Positions 10,510 to 20,810 of a DNA stretch of 64,000 nucleotides are shown here, one piece after another (the stretch's first letter is position 1; each line of letters begins with the position of its first letter). A program made the position numbers and the translations under genes. Source of the DNA: an uncultured Nitrososphaeraceae archaeon (GTDB taxonomy: Archaea; Thermoproteota; Nitrososphaeria; Nitrososphaerales; Nitrososphaeraceae); NCBI GenBank assembly GCA_963729045.1, contig CAVSMN010000011.1:140390-204389 (forward strand), read 5' to 3'. The notes under the pieces were generated by a model. The model made no database searches, was not told where the DNA came from, and saw only the letters and a program-made list of their open reading frames with translations.

Positions 10510-12276
10510 ATGGGAACTAATTTCACACAAAGATTGTCTCGCGCAGATTCTATTCTAAAATTGGTTAAAACCTCATATGCTACATCACCCACGTTTAAGC
10601 AGGCCACTTTTTTCGGAGTGCCACATAACTACAAGGATATAAAGACACTAAGAGATCTTTTAGAAATCAATTACAAGTATCAACCAGTTAAGAATCAACT
10701 AAGACAGAACCTCATTGCTAAAATCAAGAATAATGAAAATCCATTCGTAGGGATTATTGGGTTTGATAATACAGTTATCCCAGCCATAAAGAGAGCACTC
10801 TTGGCGGGACATGACATTTTGCTTGTAGGCCACATTGGCCAAGGAAAAACCAAACTTGCTGAATTAATTTCAGAGAACCTTTTGTCACCCATTCCCATAG
10901 TGGAAGGAACTTTGACAAATGATATTCCAACCGAAATGCCCTATACCCATCTTGTCGATTTGTTAAACGGAAATGCAGTTGATAAGATGCTTCCAGAATT
11001 TTATGTTTCAAAGGACTGCGAGGAAATAATCAAGAATAATGGTTTAGACACCAAAATAAAATGGTTAGACGGTAAACAAAGGTACAGATACATACTGGCA
11101 ACCCCAGACATCTCTGTTAAAGATCTAGTGGGTCAGATTGATGTTGTTAAAATCATAAAAAAAGGTATTGAAGTTTTTGATATAGATTCATATTCTCCTG
11201 GATATTTACTTCAAGCCAGATATGGGATTTTATGTCTTGACGAGTTACCAGTTCTAGATCCCCGGAAACAAGTAACGTTGCTTAGCGTGCTACAGGAGGG
11301 AAGATTTACCACAGGCGCTTACCCAGTATTTTTCAAGCCGGATGTAAAAATCATTGCTACTGCAAATCCCATAGATTATACGCATTCTGGAAAGATAATA
11401 GAACCATTAGCCGATCGTTTAAAGAGCCATATTGAGACACACTATCCCAATTCAATTGATGATGAAACCTTAATTTTGGTACAGGAAATGGACATGTTAA
11501 ATAGAGATCAAACTTTTTTGCCAATCTTCATGCTAAAAACAATCACCAGGATTTTCCAAAAGATTAGAAGCCATCCCGATATCAATAGCGACAGAGGAGT
11601 GAGTGTACGGTCAACCATTCATTCCCTTGAAGCAGTCATCGGTGAAGTAGAGAGGGCTAGGTCTCTGGTAAATAATGTCAAAACAATACCAAGATTCTCA
11701 GATCTGCAATGTATATTCCAATCTTCAAAGTTTGAACTAGATGAAATAGAAGATACGACAGAAAATAAGACACTATTTCTAAATAATGTAATCAATGAAG
11801 TCATTCAAGAGATATGTTTACATTTTTTTAACGAATTTTTCAACCCCCAAGAACTAGTATCCATTAAGAATGAGTTTAGAAACAAATCATTTATTGTAGT
11901 TCAAAATCAATACCAACACGCAACAGCAGCCCAATCGGTATATGGGGACAGAAGGAACGAATTTGGAAAAAGAAACAAATGACTGCTTCGTACTTATATA
12001 CAGATCAGTTGAGACACCTTCCAGTGATATTTAAGACATTAAAAGGCGTAATCGCTAAAATAAGACAAGAACAAGATCACTTTGTTCAAAAGGCCCGTCA
12101 AAACGAGATTGACAAGAATCTTCAATATATTCAGTTTGAAGGCGCATGGAATGATACGGAAAACAATAACGAAGAACTTTTAGCAACATCATCGCGAGTT
12201 ACTCTTTGAATATTTAAGGTTTAGTTCCCCACCGATTCTGGATAAAAGGGAAGACAAGTTCGAAATTAGAGAATAA
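10510..12276 (+). CDS. MoxR/Mg-chelatase-like AAA+ ATPase (two frameshifts near the 3' end)
   Basis: Walker A GHIGQGKT, Walker B LCLDEL, ATANP and PLADR. The C-terminus continues through ORF 11979-12209 and a third frame (ELLFEYLRF...) to TAA 12274-12276. Confidence 0.85.
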
Positions 12277-12281
12277 ACAAA

Positions 12282-14027
12282 TTGAAAGGATCAGAAGACA
12301 AGCTCAATAGTAACAGAATTCGTACTGATAATAGTAACAACAATACAAAGGTTAGTGACCAAAGTAATAGAGACAAAGATCAATTGGGTCAAAACAATGC
12401 AGTCGTGCATGAGAAAAGAATTATCTATTTTTCAAGACCCTTTGTAAATTATGACGATGGGGATGAGGAGGACAATAACAGAGCAAAAAAAAATTTAGGA
12501 AACCGCCAGAATCATAATTCCCAACAAGAACAACAGCAATCCTCTTCTGACCAGGAAAAAATTCGAGCAAGAAACAACTTGTTGAGGCAGTTTTTTCCAG
12601 ATATATTAAAAGCGATAGGCAACAAAGCCATTAAAGATAATCCTCCCACTCTTCAAGAACTGGAATCATATCTTCAAGATTATTTTGTTGAACTACAAAA
12701 GAGAAAGATTGCTGATGAAAATGCAAATGTTCAAGACCATTTATCTAGATCTAATAACCCTACTTCATCAAGTCAAGAATACGATAGCAAGGAACGGGAT
12801 AGAGCACATTATTTAAGAAGGCAGGATGAATCAGCTGGTTCAGTCACCACCATTAGTCAGAGAAACTATAGATTAAATTTTAATTTTAATGAGCATACAT
12901 TTTCAGATAACAATCTTCCAATTGTTACTGAATTGATTAAGAAAGGTTATCTAGTTGATTCAGATAAATGGTTAAACAAGAAAGGGTTTCTAAAAATAGG
13001 TCAACAGATACTTACAGAGATCATAAAGTCTTTAAAGACAGACAAAATAGGGATGCATGAAACAAAATTTGCAGGTTATGGAAGCATGGTCCAGGAAACA
13101 TCCAAAAAGTATGAGTACGGAAATGAGATATCCAACATCAATATCAACTCGACAATAAGGAATTTTGTAGAAAGATACTACGAGGATCATCGCCAGATTA
13201 ATGATGACCTTCATAACAGAATTGAGTTTCCATTGGACATCTCATATGAAGATATAGAGATTTATGATACTCTAGAAGAAATTCAAGTAGCTACTGTTTA
13301 TTGTATTGACTTGAGCTCAACAATGAAATATTCATCGATGTACAATGATCTTAGTAGGATAGAGGCTTCAAAGCGTGCATTGTGGAGTTTGTTTATATTA
13401 AACAAGAAATTTTTCCCTCTAGATTCTATCCATACGATTGGTTTTGGGTCCATAGCCTCACGAATTGATCCGATGGATATTCCTTTTTTAAGAACATTTG
13501 AACCTAATGCAGATTTCCTACACTATACCAACTATCAAGCAGCATATAGATATGCAAAAAGGATTTTGAAGAAAGATGGCGCTAAAAACAAAAGGATTGT
13601 AATGATAACAGACGGCCATCCCAGTGCATGTTTTATAGATAGCAAGAACGAGAAGGATAAGATAATGAAACAAAGACCATATTCACATTTTTATATTCCT
13701 GATAAGGATCGAATAGGCTCTCAGAATTCAGAGAATAATAGAATAAAATTTGATATTCATGATAAACAAACAGTCTACCTGTGCTATAGGTATAGGCAGA
13801 TTGACCAGTATATCGGAGAACAGACAATTAAAGAAGCAAAGAAACTAAAAAAAGATGGCATAGATCTTGATACAATAATGGTTAGCGAGGAGGATACTCT
13901 ACTAGACTTTGTAAACGAATTGGCTAAATCAGTTGACGGAAAATCAATATATATTAATCCTAAAGAAATTGACAGAGTTCTTATTAATGACTATTTATCA
14001 AACAAAAAGAAAATGATAAGAAAATAG
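12282..14027 (+). CDS. VWA-domain partner of the AAA+ ATPase
   Basis: CIDLSSTM (MIDAS), HYTNYQ and MITDGHPSA; long N/Q-rich N-terminus. Confidence 0.85.
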   Translation: MKGSEDKLNSNRIRTDNSNNNTKVSDQSNRDKDQLGQNNAVVHEKRIIYFSRPFVNYDDGDEEDNNRAKKNLGNRQNHNSQQEQQQSSSDQEKIRARNNLLRQFFPDILKAIGNKAIKDNPPTLQELESYLQDYFVELQKRKIADENANVQDHLSRSNNPTSSSQEYDSKERDRAHYLRRQDESAGSVTTISQRNYRLNFNFNEHTFSDNNLPIVTELIKKGYLVDSDKWLNKKGFLKIGQQILTEIIKSLKTDKIGMHETKFAGYGSMVQETSKKYEYGNEISNININSTIRNFVERYYEDHRQINDDLHNRIEFPLDISYEDIEIYDTLEEIQVATVYCIDLSSTMKYSSMYNDLSRIEASKRALWSLFILNKKFFPLDSIHTIGFGSIASRIDPMDIPFLRTFEPNADFLHYTNYQAAYRYAKRILKKDGAKNKRIVMITDGHPSACFIDSKNEKDKIMKQRPYSHFYIPDKDRIGSQNSENNRIKFDIHDKQTVYLCYRYRQIDQYIGEQTIKEAKKLKKDGIDLDTIMVSEEDTLLDFVNELAKSVDGKSIYINPKEIDRVLINDYLSNKKKMIRK

Positions 14028-14119
14028 ATGAGGATTGTTAACTTTGTTCTCTACAACCAGAGTAGTATAGCAAAATCAAAAAAATAATCCCCTATATGGT
14101 ATTTGTTAACTGTCTTTTG

Positions 14120-15657
14120 TTAATTACCGCCACCCTGCAAAAGTTCCAACATTCTTAAAATATCGACTGTTTCGTTACTTTTTAAATCAGGCATCATAAA
14201 AGAGCTTGAAGAGTCATTTCCAAATGAACCATTATTAAAGAAACCAAGACCAGTGTCATTTCCTCTCACCGCTACTATTACTACTACTACCAACACCACC
14301 AAATAAGGCTTCAAAAGGGTTAAAAATTGTGGTATCGTTAGATGCGGTGCCATTGTTACTTTCGTTTAAAAACATTTGGTTTAAAAAGGAGGTATCAGAT
14401 TCATTGGATGGAAAAAAAGAGGATAATGGCAAGTCGCTAAATGAGGAAGAGAGGGAGGATGGTGACTCTAGAGAAGAGAATGGCGAATTTGACTGAGAAG
14501 GAGAAAGAGAGGAAAGCATCGCAAATGGACCCAACAACTCCTTAAATTCTGAGAGGTTAAAGTCACCATTTGAATTCTTGGAGAAATTAAGCATATTGGC
14601 AAGGTCAGAAATTGAACTCTCATTATTTAGTAGAGAATTACCCATGTCAAAAGATGGATGAGAAAAGGATCCTCCACTACAAAGATCTGATAGAAGTTGG
14701 ATGCTGCAGATGGTTTGTAAATTAATAGGCGGGATAGATTTCATTATGGAAGACATGTTTAGAATATTTCCAGAAGAGGAATTTAAGAGATTTTCTAGTA
14801 TATTTTTAGGCGAGTTATTTAGCTCTGACTTATTAAACAACCCTGAAGAATTATCAGTAAAATTGCTTAAATTCAAAGAAGACAAAATCCCTTGCAGCAT
14901 AGGCACTTTTTCTTTGAGCATGGCTAGTCCTGTCGAATTGGTCAGTAGTTTTAGAGAGTCTGACAAATTGTCTGAATCAATCTTAAAAGAATAAATCATT
15001 TTGTTAGTTATTGGGAGAGAATTCTCATAGTCAGAAGTATTTACCTCGTAGCTTATTGAATATAGTTTATTGTCAACTATCATCCCATATTCAACAGTAT
15101 CAATTGTTTCATTACCAGAATAACTTCTTGTTACCAATTTATAAGCTGGATGACCTGCTAACAATGAATCAGTTGAAGCTTCGACTATAGTAATATCTTG
15201 ATCTTCTGCTTGAATCAGCATTTGTACGATCTTCCAAATAGGAACTTATATTATCAGGAGAATAGAAAATAGGAGGATAAAAGGTTTGAACGTAAACATC
15301 AAACCATGAAATAAATGTCTCTGGAGATAATCCTGAATCATCAACATAAGCTGGGAAAAAGCTTATCTGTTTTACTGTATCATTAGAATTGCTTTCGTCA
15401 ATTAAGAAGCTAGAAGGGTATTTTAAAGAAACGCCAACCTCACTATTTTCATAGTTATTGAAAATTATGCTATTGTTGTTGTCAGAAACTGAATTTGCCA
15501 ATGTTGCTACAGATTCTTGTGCAAAAACCAAATTCGAGTTATTACCATTATTACCGTTCAGCATATTCGTATTGAACATAGTGCCAAATAATGAAATCAC
15601 AAATGTCAAAACTAAAAGAGATGATGAAAAAATAATTACATTTTTACTCTTGTTCAT
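14120..15657 (-). CDS. Secreted PsbP-like domain protein with a Ser/Asn-rich tail (two frameshifts)
   Basis: Signal anchor; YENSEVGVSLKYPS and LAGHPAYKL...KLYSISY are PsbP-like. Joins ORFs 15169-15720, 14256-15221 and 14120-14353. Confidence 0.65.
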
Positions 15658-15790
15658 CAAAGGGTATTGAATTAACACATATAAAATATTTTTCTGTACA
15701 AAACCACAATAAGAAATCACAACTATTTAAAATATGCAGATAAATAAAAAGAAGGATGAAGATTGGAAATCAGGAGGATGAGAGATAACT

Positions 15791-16429
15791 ATGTCAGATA
15801 AGAAAAATAATTTTAATACAGATATAACTGATGAAGATGAGCTAGATGAAATAAAAAAAATTGCAGAGATGTTAAATCCGGATGAAAAGGTATTGGTGGT
15901 TGCCAGACAATCAAGATTTAAGCCTGGTGGGTCTCAACTTTCACCCAATGTGGTTTATGCAACTGATAGAAGAATCATTTTGAGAGATCCAAGTATGCTT
16001 GGACTAAAACAAGACATAATTGATATTCCTTACAATGTTATTACAAACGCCAAAATAGAAAAAGGCCTGCTTTCGGCTTCGGTAATCTTTAATGCTCCAG
16101 GATTGTTTAACCCCAATATTCCTGGGAGGATGCCATGGATAAAGAGATTAGAAACAGATGAGCATGGAGAAAATGGGGTTATCGATGCTATTCCCAAGAA
16201 AAAGGCAGAAGATTTGATAGAGGTGATACGTAACGGAATTACCCAAATAAGGTCCCCCACTTACCCCTCAACTGGTGCTAATAATGTAAGCCAAATTCCC
16301 CAACACCAGAGTCAGAGTCAAATATCTCACGCTGATGAACTAAAGAAGATTGCGGACTTGAAGGATAGGGGTGTAATCTCAGAAGAAGAATTCAAAAGGA
16401 TGAAGGAAAAGATCATCGGAAAGGAGTAG
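15791..16429 (+). CDS. Bacterial PH-domain protein with C-terminal SHOCT domain
   Basis: ATDRRIILRDP...IPYNVI (PH-like); ADELKKIADLKDRGVISEEEFKRMKEKI (SHOCT). Confidence 0.85.
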   Translation: MSDKKNNFNTDITDEDELDEIKKIAEMLNPDEKVLVVARQSRFKPGGSQLSPNVVYATDRRIILRDPSMLGLKQDIIDIPYNVITNAKIEKGLLSASVIFNAPGLFNPNIPGRMPWIKRLETDEHGENGVIDAIPKKKAEDLIEVIRNGITQIRSPTYPSTGANNVSQIPQHQSQSQISHADELKKIADLKDRGVISEEEFKRMKEKIIGKE

Positions 16430-16717
16430 ATTTATGCAACTAAAATAAAACATAGTTAGATAGGTATGATAAAGTAAAACATAAAGAACCTTTGTCTTTG
16501 TTTTAACTTCTATCAATACATACAGAGAAAATGCAATAAATTAAGAAGCCAAGGCATGACCAAAAAAACAATTACAAAATCTTTTTTGCTTAATATCTAT
16601 TTTGCTTGGTAAGAAATTCGCAAATCAATAGATAGGAAAGAACCTTTGGTTTTGGTTTTGTTGTTTTATCTTTGTACCAATGACCTTTTAAGGCACATTT
16701 GAGTATAATCTTATAAA

Positions 16718-17140
16718 TTGCTTAAAAGAGACAAAGATTTTAAAGAAACTCTTGCACATTTTTTAAGCAACAAGACCAGTTTGTTTTTATTTTTGTCAAT
16801 AGTGGTTGCAAGTGTAGCCATATACCCCTTTGTTATTCCGCACCTCTATCACCCTTCCATGATTTATCACATCCTCATTCACATTATTAGTTTTGACGTG
16901 GCCCTTTTCCTAACTACGATTTCGTTTGTCTCCTTCAAGAAGACAAAAAGTAAAAAAATACTCTTGACAGGCCTTAGTTTTGGATTTTTGTTAATTATAG
17001 AATTTCTGTATTTATTACAGTCAAGTCATGTTTTGGGAACATTCTACATACCTTTAATAGAGGTAGAATTTCAACATGTGTTGTTATTATTGATGTTAGT
17101 ATTGTTTGCTGCAGGGGTATTGAGGTTGGAAAGAAAATGA
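16718..17140 (+). CDS. His-rich 4-TM membrane protein
   Basis: Four hydrophobic segments and HLYHPSMIYHILIH; overlaps the downstream wHTH gene by 4 nt. Confidence 0.7.
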   Translation: MLKRDKDFKETLAHFLSNKTSLFLFLSIVVASVAIYPFVIPHLYHPSMIYHILIHIISFDVALFLTTISFVSFKKTKSKKILLTGLSFGFLLIIEFLYLLQSSHVLGTFYIPLIEVEFQHVLLLLMLVLFAAGVLRLERK

Positions 17141-17685
17141 ATCCGAGCACGATAATTAATGAGAACCAAACAGAGTCAATTGGAAATAACAGAAGTACAA
17201 TACTCAAAATTATCAACTCCTTTCCAGGGATTAGGTACAGAGATATTCTAAGAATAACAAATCTTAATAATGGCACCCTATCTCATCACCTATCAATACT
17301 TGAAAAAAGGTCAATAATCAAAATCGGCCGAACAGAAAATAGCAATATTACCAGATACTTTCCGGCCTCGACACCATCGGATGAAACTCTCATACTAAAT
17401 TACCTGAAAATAAAGACCACTAAAAGTATAATCATGATGCTAAATGATACCGAAGACGTATCCTTTAATGAGATTGTAAAGCATATCAATAAAGCACCGT
17501 CTACTACTTCATGGAATCTTAAAAGGTTAGTTGATTCAAATATAGTTGGAAGAAAAAGAGGTAAAGAGGTTTCATTATTTTATCTTCTTAATAAAGGATT
17601 GGTTAAGGAACTTGTTGGTCAAAATAACAAAACTTTACTTGATAGAAGCATTGATAACTACATATCAATCATAGACGAGTTATAA
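17137..17685 (+). CDS. Tandem winged-helix transcriptional regulator (ArsR-like)
   Basis: PGIRYRDI...GTLSHHLSILEK and a second HTH FNEIVKHINKAPSTTSWNLKRL. Confidence 0.85.
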   Translation: MNPSTIINENQTESIGNNRSTILKIINSFPGIRYRDILRITNLNNGTLSHHLSILEKRSIIKIGRTENSNITRYFPASTPSDETLILNYLKIKTTKSIIMMLNDTEDVSFNEIVKHINKAPSTTSWNLKRLVDSNIVGRKRGKEVSLFYLLNKGLVKELVGQNNKTLLDRSIDNYISIIDEL

Positions 17686-17849
17686 AAAACATTATTATTA
17701 TCTAGCGCTAAAACCATTCCTAACCTCTTTTCCAGGAAGGATACGATACAAAAGATACTAAGCAAAAATCATTGACTACAACTTGTGGACATTATAGGAA
17801 AAAAGACAACAGTAATATCTTTACTACACTTTGCTTTATACTTACCAAT

Positions 17850-18293
17850 ATGAACCACTTAGATGATGGACCAGATAAGAACCATGAAATCAAAGACAAA
17901 TTAGAGTATCTTTTTGAGATGCAAAACTCCTTGATAACTCAAGATTATAACAGTACAAAAATTAAAAGTTCTGAAAAGATTCCTCTAGATAATAACCCTG
18001 AAAATAAAATGAAGAAATTGTACGAGATGAAAGAACCATTTTCAGGATACAAAATATTTATGATTTCGTCTGCCTTGGTGCACGAAGCCATAGAACTTCA
18101 GAGGGAAACTAATTGGAAATGGTGGAAGAAAGATAAAACAGTAGATAATGAAAAACTTCAAGAGGAAATCATAGACTTGTGGCATTTTTTAATACAATTG
18201 TCAATTGAGGCCGGCTTTGAACCACAAACACTGATATCAAAATACATGGAAAAAAACAAAGAGAATACTGGAAGACAGCTAAGAGGTTACTAA
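17850..18293 (+). CDS. Dimeric all-alpha dUTPase
   Basis: EAIEL...WKWWK, EEIIDLWHF and KNKENxxRQxxGY are dUTPase_2 family motifs. ATG 17850 preferred. Confidence 0.85.
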   Translation: MNHLDDGPDKNHEIKDKLEYLFEMQNSLITQDYNSTKIKSSEKIPLDNNPENKMKKLYEMKEPFSGYKIFMISSALVHEAIELQRETNWKWWKKDKTVDNEKLQEEIIDLWHFLIQLSIEAGFEPQTLISKYMEKNKENTGRQLRGY

Positions 18294-18314
18294 GAACAAT
18301 AACTACCCCACTAC

Positions 18315-18755
18315 TCAAATCATATCAAATTTGCCAATCTTTCTTAGGGACATTATATCTCCTAAAATTTCTATTTCGTCGTATTGATCCTTGACTGCCA
18401 AAACAAAAAGATCTTCCTCAAATATTAATAGCCAATCGCTTGTTCCTATAATAGGTAATTTCCTCACCAATGTTTTCCCTTCTTTTAGTGTGGTTCGGAC
18501 ATAAGCATGAGAGGGTAGCTTTGCATCCTTGTTTTTGACTCTGATAAGGTCACTTTGCAGTTTAATACCTCTAATACCTGGTTGGATGTTTAGTTTTCTA
18601 ATATTGCCATCCCTGTCTTCTATTTTTGATGTTACATAACTTTGGCCGATGTCAAAATCCAAACTAAAAGATATTTTGATCACGCACGAATTACTTTGTG
18701 GAATTTCATTTTGCATGAGTTCAGATTCTTCATCAAAATAGAGACCATCTTTCAA
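18315..18755 (-). CDS. Hypothetical protein
   Basis: 146-aa ORF filling the gap with natural composition; no motif recognised. Confidence 0.6.
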   Translation of the reverse strand: MKDGLYFDEESELMQNEIPQSNSCVIKISFSLDFDIGQSYVTSKIEDRDGNIRKLNIQPGIRGIKLQSDLIRVKNKDAKLPSHAYVRTTLKEGKTLVRKLPIIGTSDWLLIFEEDLFVLAVKDQYDEIEILGDIMSLRKIGKFDMI

Positions 18756-18978
18756 TAATTTATAATTACAGTTTATTATTTAATAAAACTTTTCATAATA
18801 TATTAGGATTTAAAGATTTCTTGTATTTTACAATAGTTAGTTTCTAGAAAATATTATTGCTGCATTAATCCTCAAATCCAACAATGATAATAATTTATTT
18901 ATCTTTTTTTTCTCTATCGCAATTGCTTTTACCAATCTTAATATGACATGAGATACAAGTATATATTGTATAGAGGGC

Positions 18979-19629
18979 ATGCAATATTCCAATATACCTG
19001 ACCAAGATATCGTTATAAAGAATGTGACTTTTCAAGATATTCCCAAAATAATTGAATTGCAAAAGGAATCTTTTCCATCCATGTTAGAAGAAGGTAGTGT
19101 TTGGGGAAAGAGGCATCTTCAAAGTCACGTGGAAATATTTCCAGAAGGTCAATTTTGTGTTGAAATTAAGAACAAAATTATAGGTTCATCTAGTAGTTTA
19201 ATAGTAAAGTTACCATCCGATTACGAAGTTCATACATTTAGTCAGGTGACAGGCAATAGTCTATTTACCACCCATGACCCAAGTGGCGATTCATTGTATG
19301 GTGCAGACATTTCTGTTCATCCGGATTTTCGTCGATTGGGGATAGCAACTTTACTATACAATGCAAGAAAGGATCTGGTCATAAAATACAATTTAAGGCG
19401 AATCATAGCAGGCGGTAGGTTGATAAACTATTGTAATTATGCGGAGAAATTATCCCCAGAAGAATATGTTCAACATGTTATAAATGGACAGATTTCCGAT
19501 CAGGTGTTGACCTTTCAATTGAGAAATGATTTTAAATTCATAAAAATACTTTCAAATTATATCAAGGATTCTAGATCTCTAAACTATGCAACATTTATTG
19601 AATGGATAAATCCTTATTATAAAAAGTGA
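18979..19629 (+). CDS. GNAT family N-acetyltransferase (YkwB-like)
   Basis: FPEGQF, DISVHPDFRRLGIA (AcCoA motif A), IIAGGR and DQVLTFQLRN. Confidence 0.88.
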   Translation: MQYSNIPDQDIVIKNVTFQDIPKIIELQKESFPSMLEEGSVWGKRHLQSHVEIFPEGQFCVEIKNKIIGSSSSLIVKLPSDYEVHTFSQVTGNSLFTTHDPSGDSLYGADISVHPDFRRLGIATLLYNARKDLVIKYNLRRIIAGGRLINYCNYAEKLSPEEYVQHVINGQISDQVLTFQLRNDFKFIKILSNYIKDSRSLNYATFIEWINPYYKK

Positions 19630-20429
19630 CTCAAACCATCATAGATTGCCATGTGCACATAAATGGCTACGAAAGTTTAAAAAATTTACCACTCAAAGAG
19701 AGAATAGAATCACTCTCAACCACAATGCAGTCAAACAACGTAGACCAGGCTATAATTATTTCATCGTATACAATCAATGAAGAAAGACCCTCTACCGGAG
19801 AAATATTATCTTCCGTTGAAAAACATGAAAAAATAAAAGTGGTGGCAGGATACTCAATTAGCAATCATGATGAAAGTAGTATTAAAGAATATGAAGAATA
19901 TCTTAAAAATGGTAAAATAAAAGGTTTGAAAATTTATCCCGGATACGAACATTACTATCCGTACGATCCAAAGTATCAGAAAATTATTGATTTATGCATA
20001 GAGTATGATGTCCCTTTAATGATACATACCGGAGATACATATACACCCAAAGGGAAAGTCAGATTTGCTCATCCGATAAATGTTGATGATGTTGCAGTTG
20101 ATAACCCGGAACTAAAGATCATAATTTGTCACTTGGGAAATCCGTGGTTTTTAGACTGTCAGGAAATAATTTATAAAAACAAAAATGTTTATGCGGATAT
20201 TTCTGGATTGGTTTTGGGGGACTTTACAGAGTTTTATGAGAAATACCTAGTAGGCAAGATTACTGATTTTCTCAACTATGCTGGAGAGCCAAAATATCTG
20301 CTATATGGGACTGATTGGCCCATATCTAGTATGAAATCTTATTTGAATTTTGTATCAAAATTAGACCTTAATCAACAGGAACGAGATTTGATCATGTTCA
20401 AAAATTCACAAAGGTTGTTTAAACTATGA
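19626..20429 (+). CDS. Metal-dependent amidohydrolase (Amidohydro_2)
   Basis: IDCHVH, GLKIYP, MIHTG, ICHLGNP and YGTDWP; 4-nt overlap with the GNAT gene. Confidence 0.9.
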   Translation: MTQTIIDCHVHINGYESLKNLPLKERIESLSTTMQSNNVDQAIIISSYTINEERPSTGEILSSVEKHEKIKVVAGYSISNHDESSIKEYEEYLKNGKIKGLKIYPGYEHYYPYDPKYQKIIDLCIEYDVPLMIHTGDTYTPKGKVRFAHPINVDDVAVDNPELKIIICHLGNPWFLDCQEIIYKNKNVYADISGLVLGDFTEFYEKYLVGKITDFLNYAGEPKYLLYGTDWPISSMKSYLNFVSKLDLNQQERDLIMFKNSQRLFKL

Positions 20430-20810
20430 TCTAAGATGCTGTCCATTGAGGACGGCGATACCACGACTAATAAAAGTACAGTCGATGATTAGTTATTTTG
20501 AATATTAGAAATATTGTTAAAAGATATCCGGATGATTTGTTTTTGTTGTTGAGATTTACCACCTAAATTTGAATCAGTGCGCAGTCGAAATCTCACGATA
20601 ATATATCAATCAAAATTTTTTATTGATTTTATTTCCATTTTTGTAATAACGTCGCTAGCTCTCGAATGAATTTTTTTTTAAAATATGTTAAGAGAACTTC
20701 TCGAAATTAAGAAAAGATGTACTTCCTTTGTTAATTTGCAATTAAACAATGAATATTTAAGGGTTGGTAATCAGCACAATATTTAAGATCTTAAAGATTT
20801 TTAAGATAAC

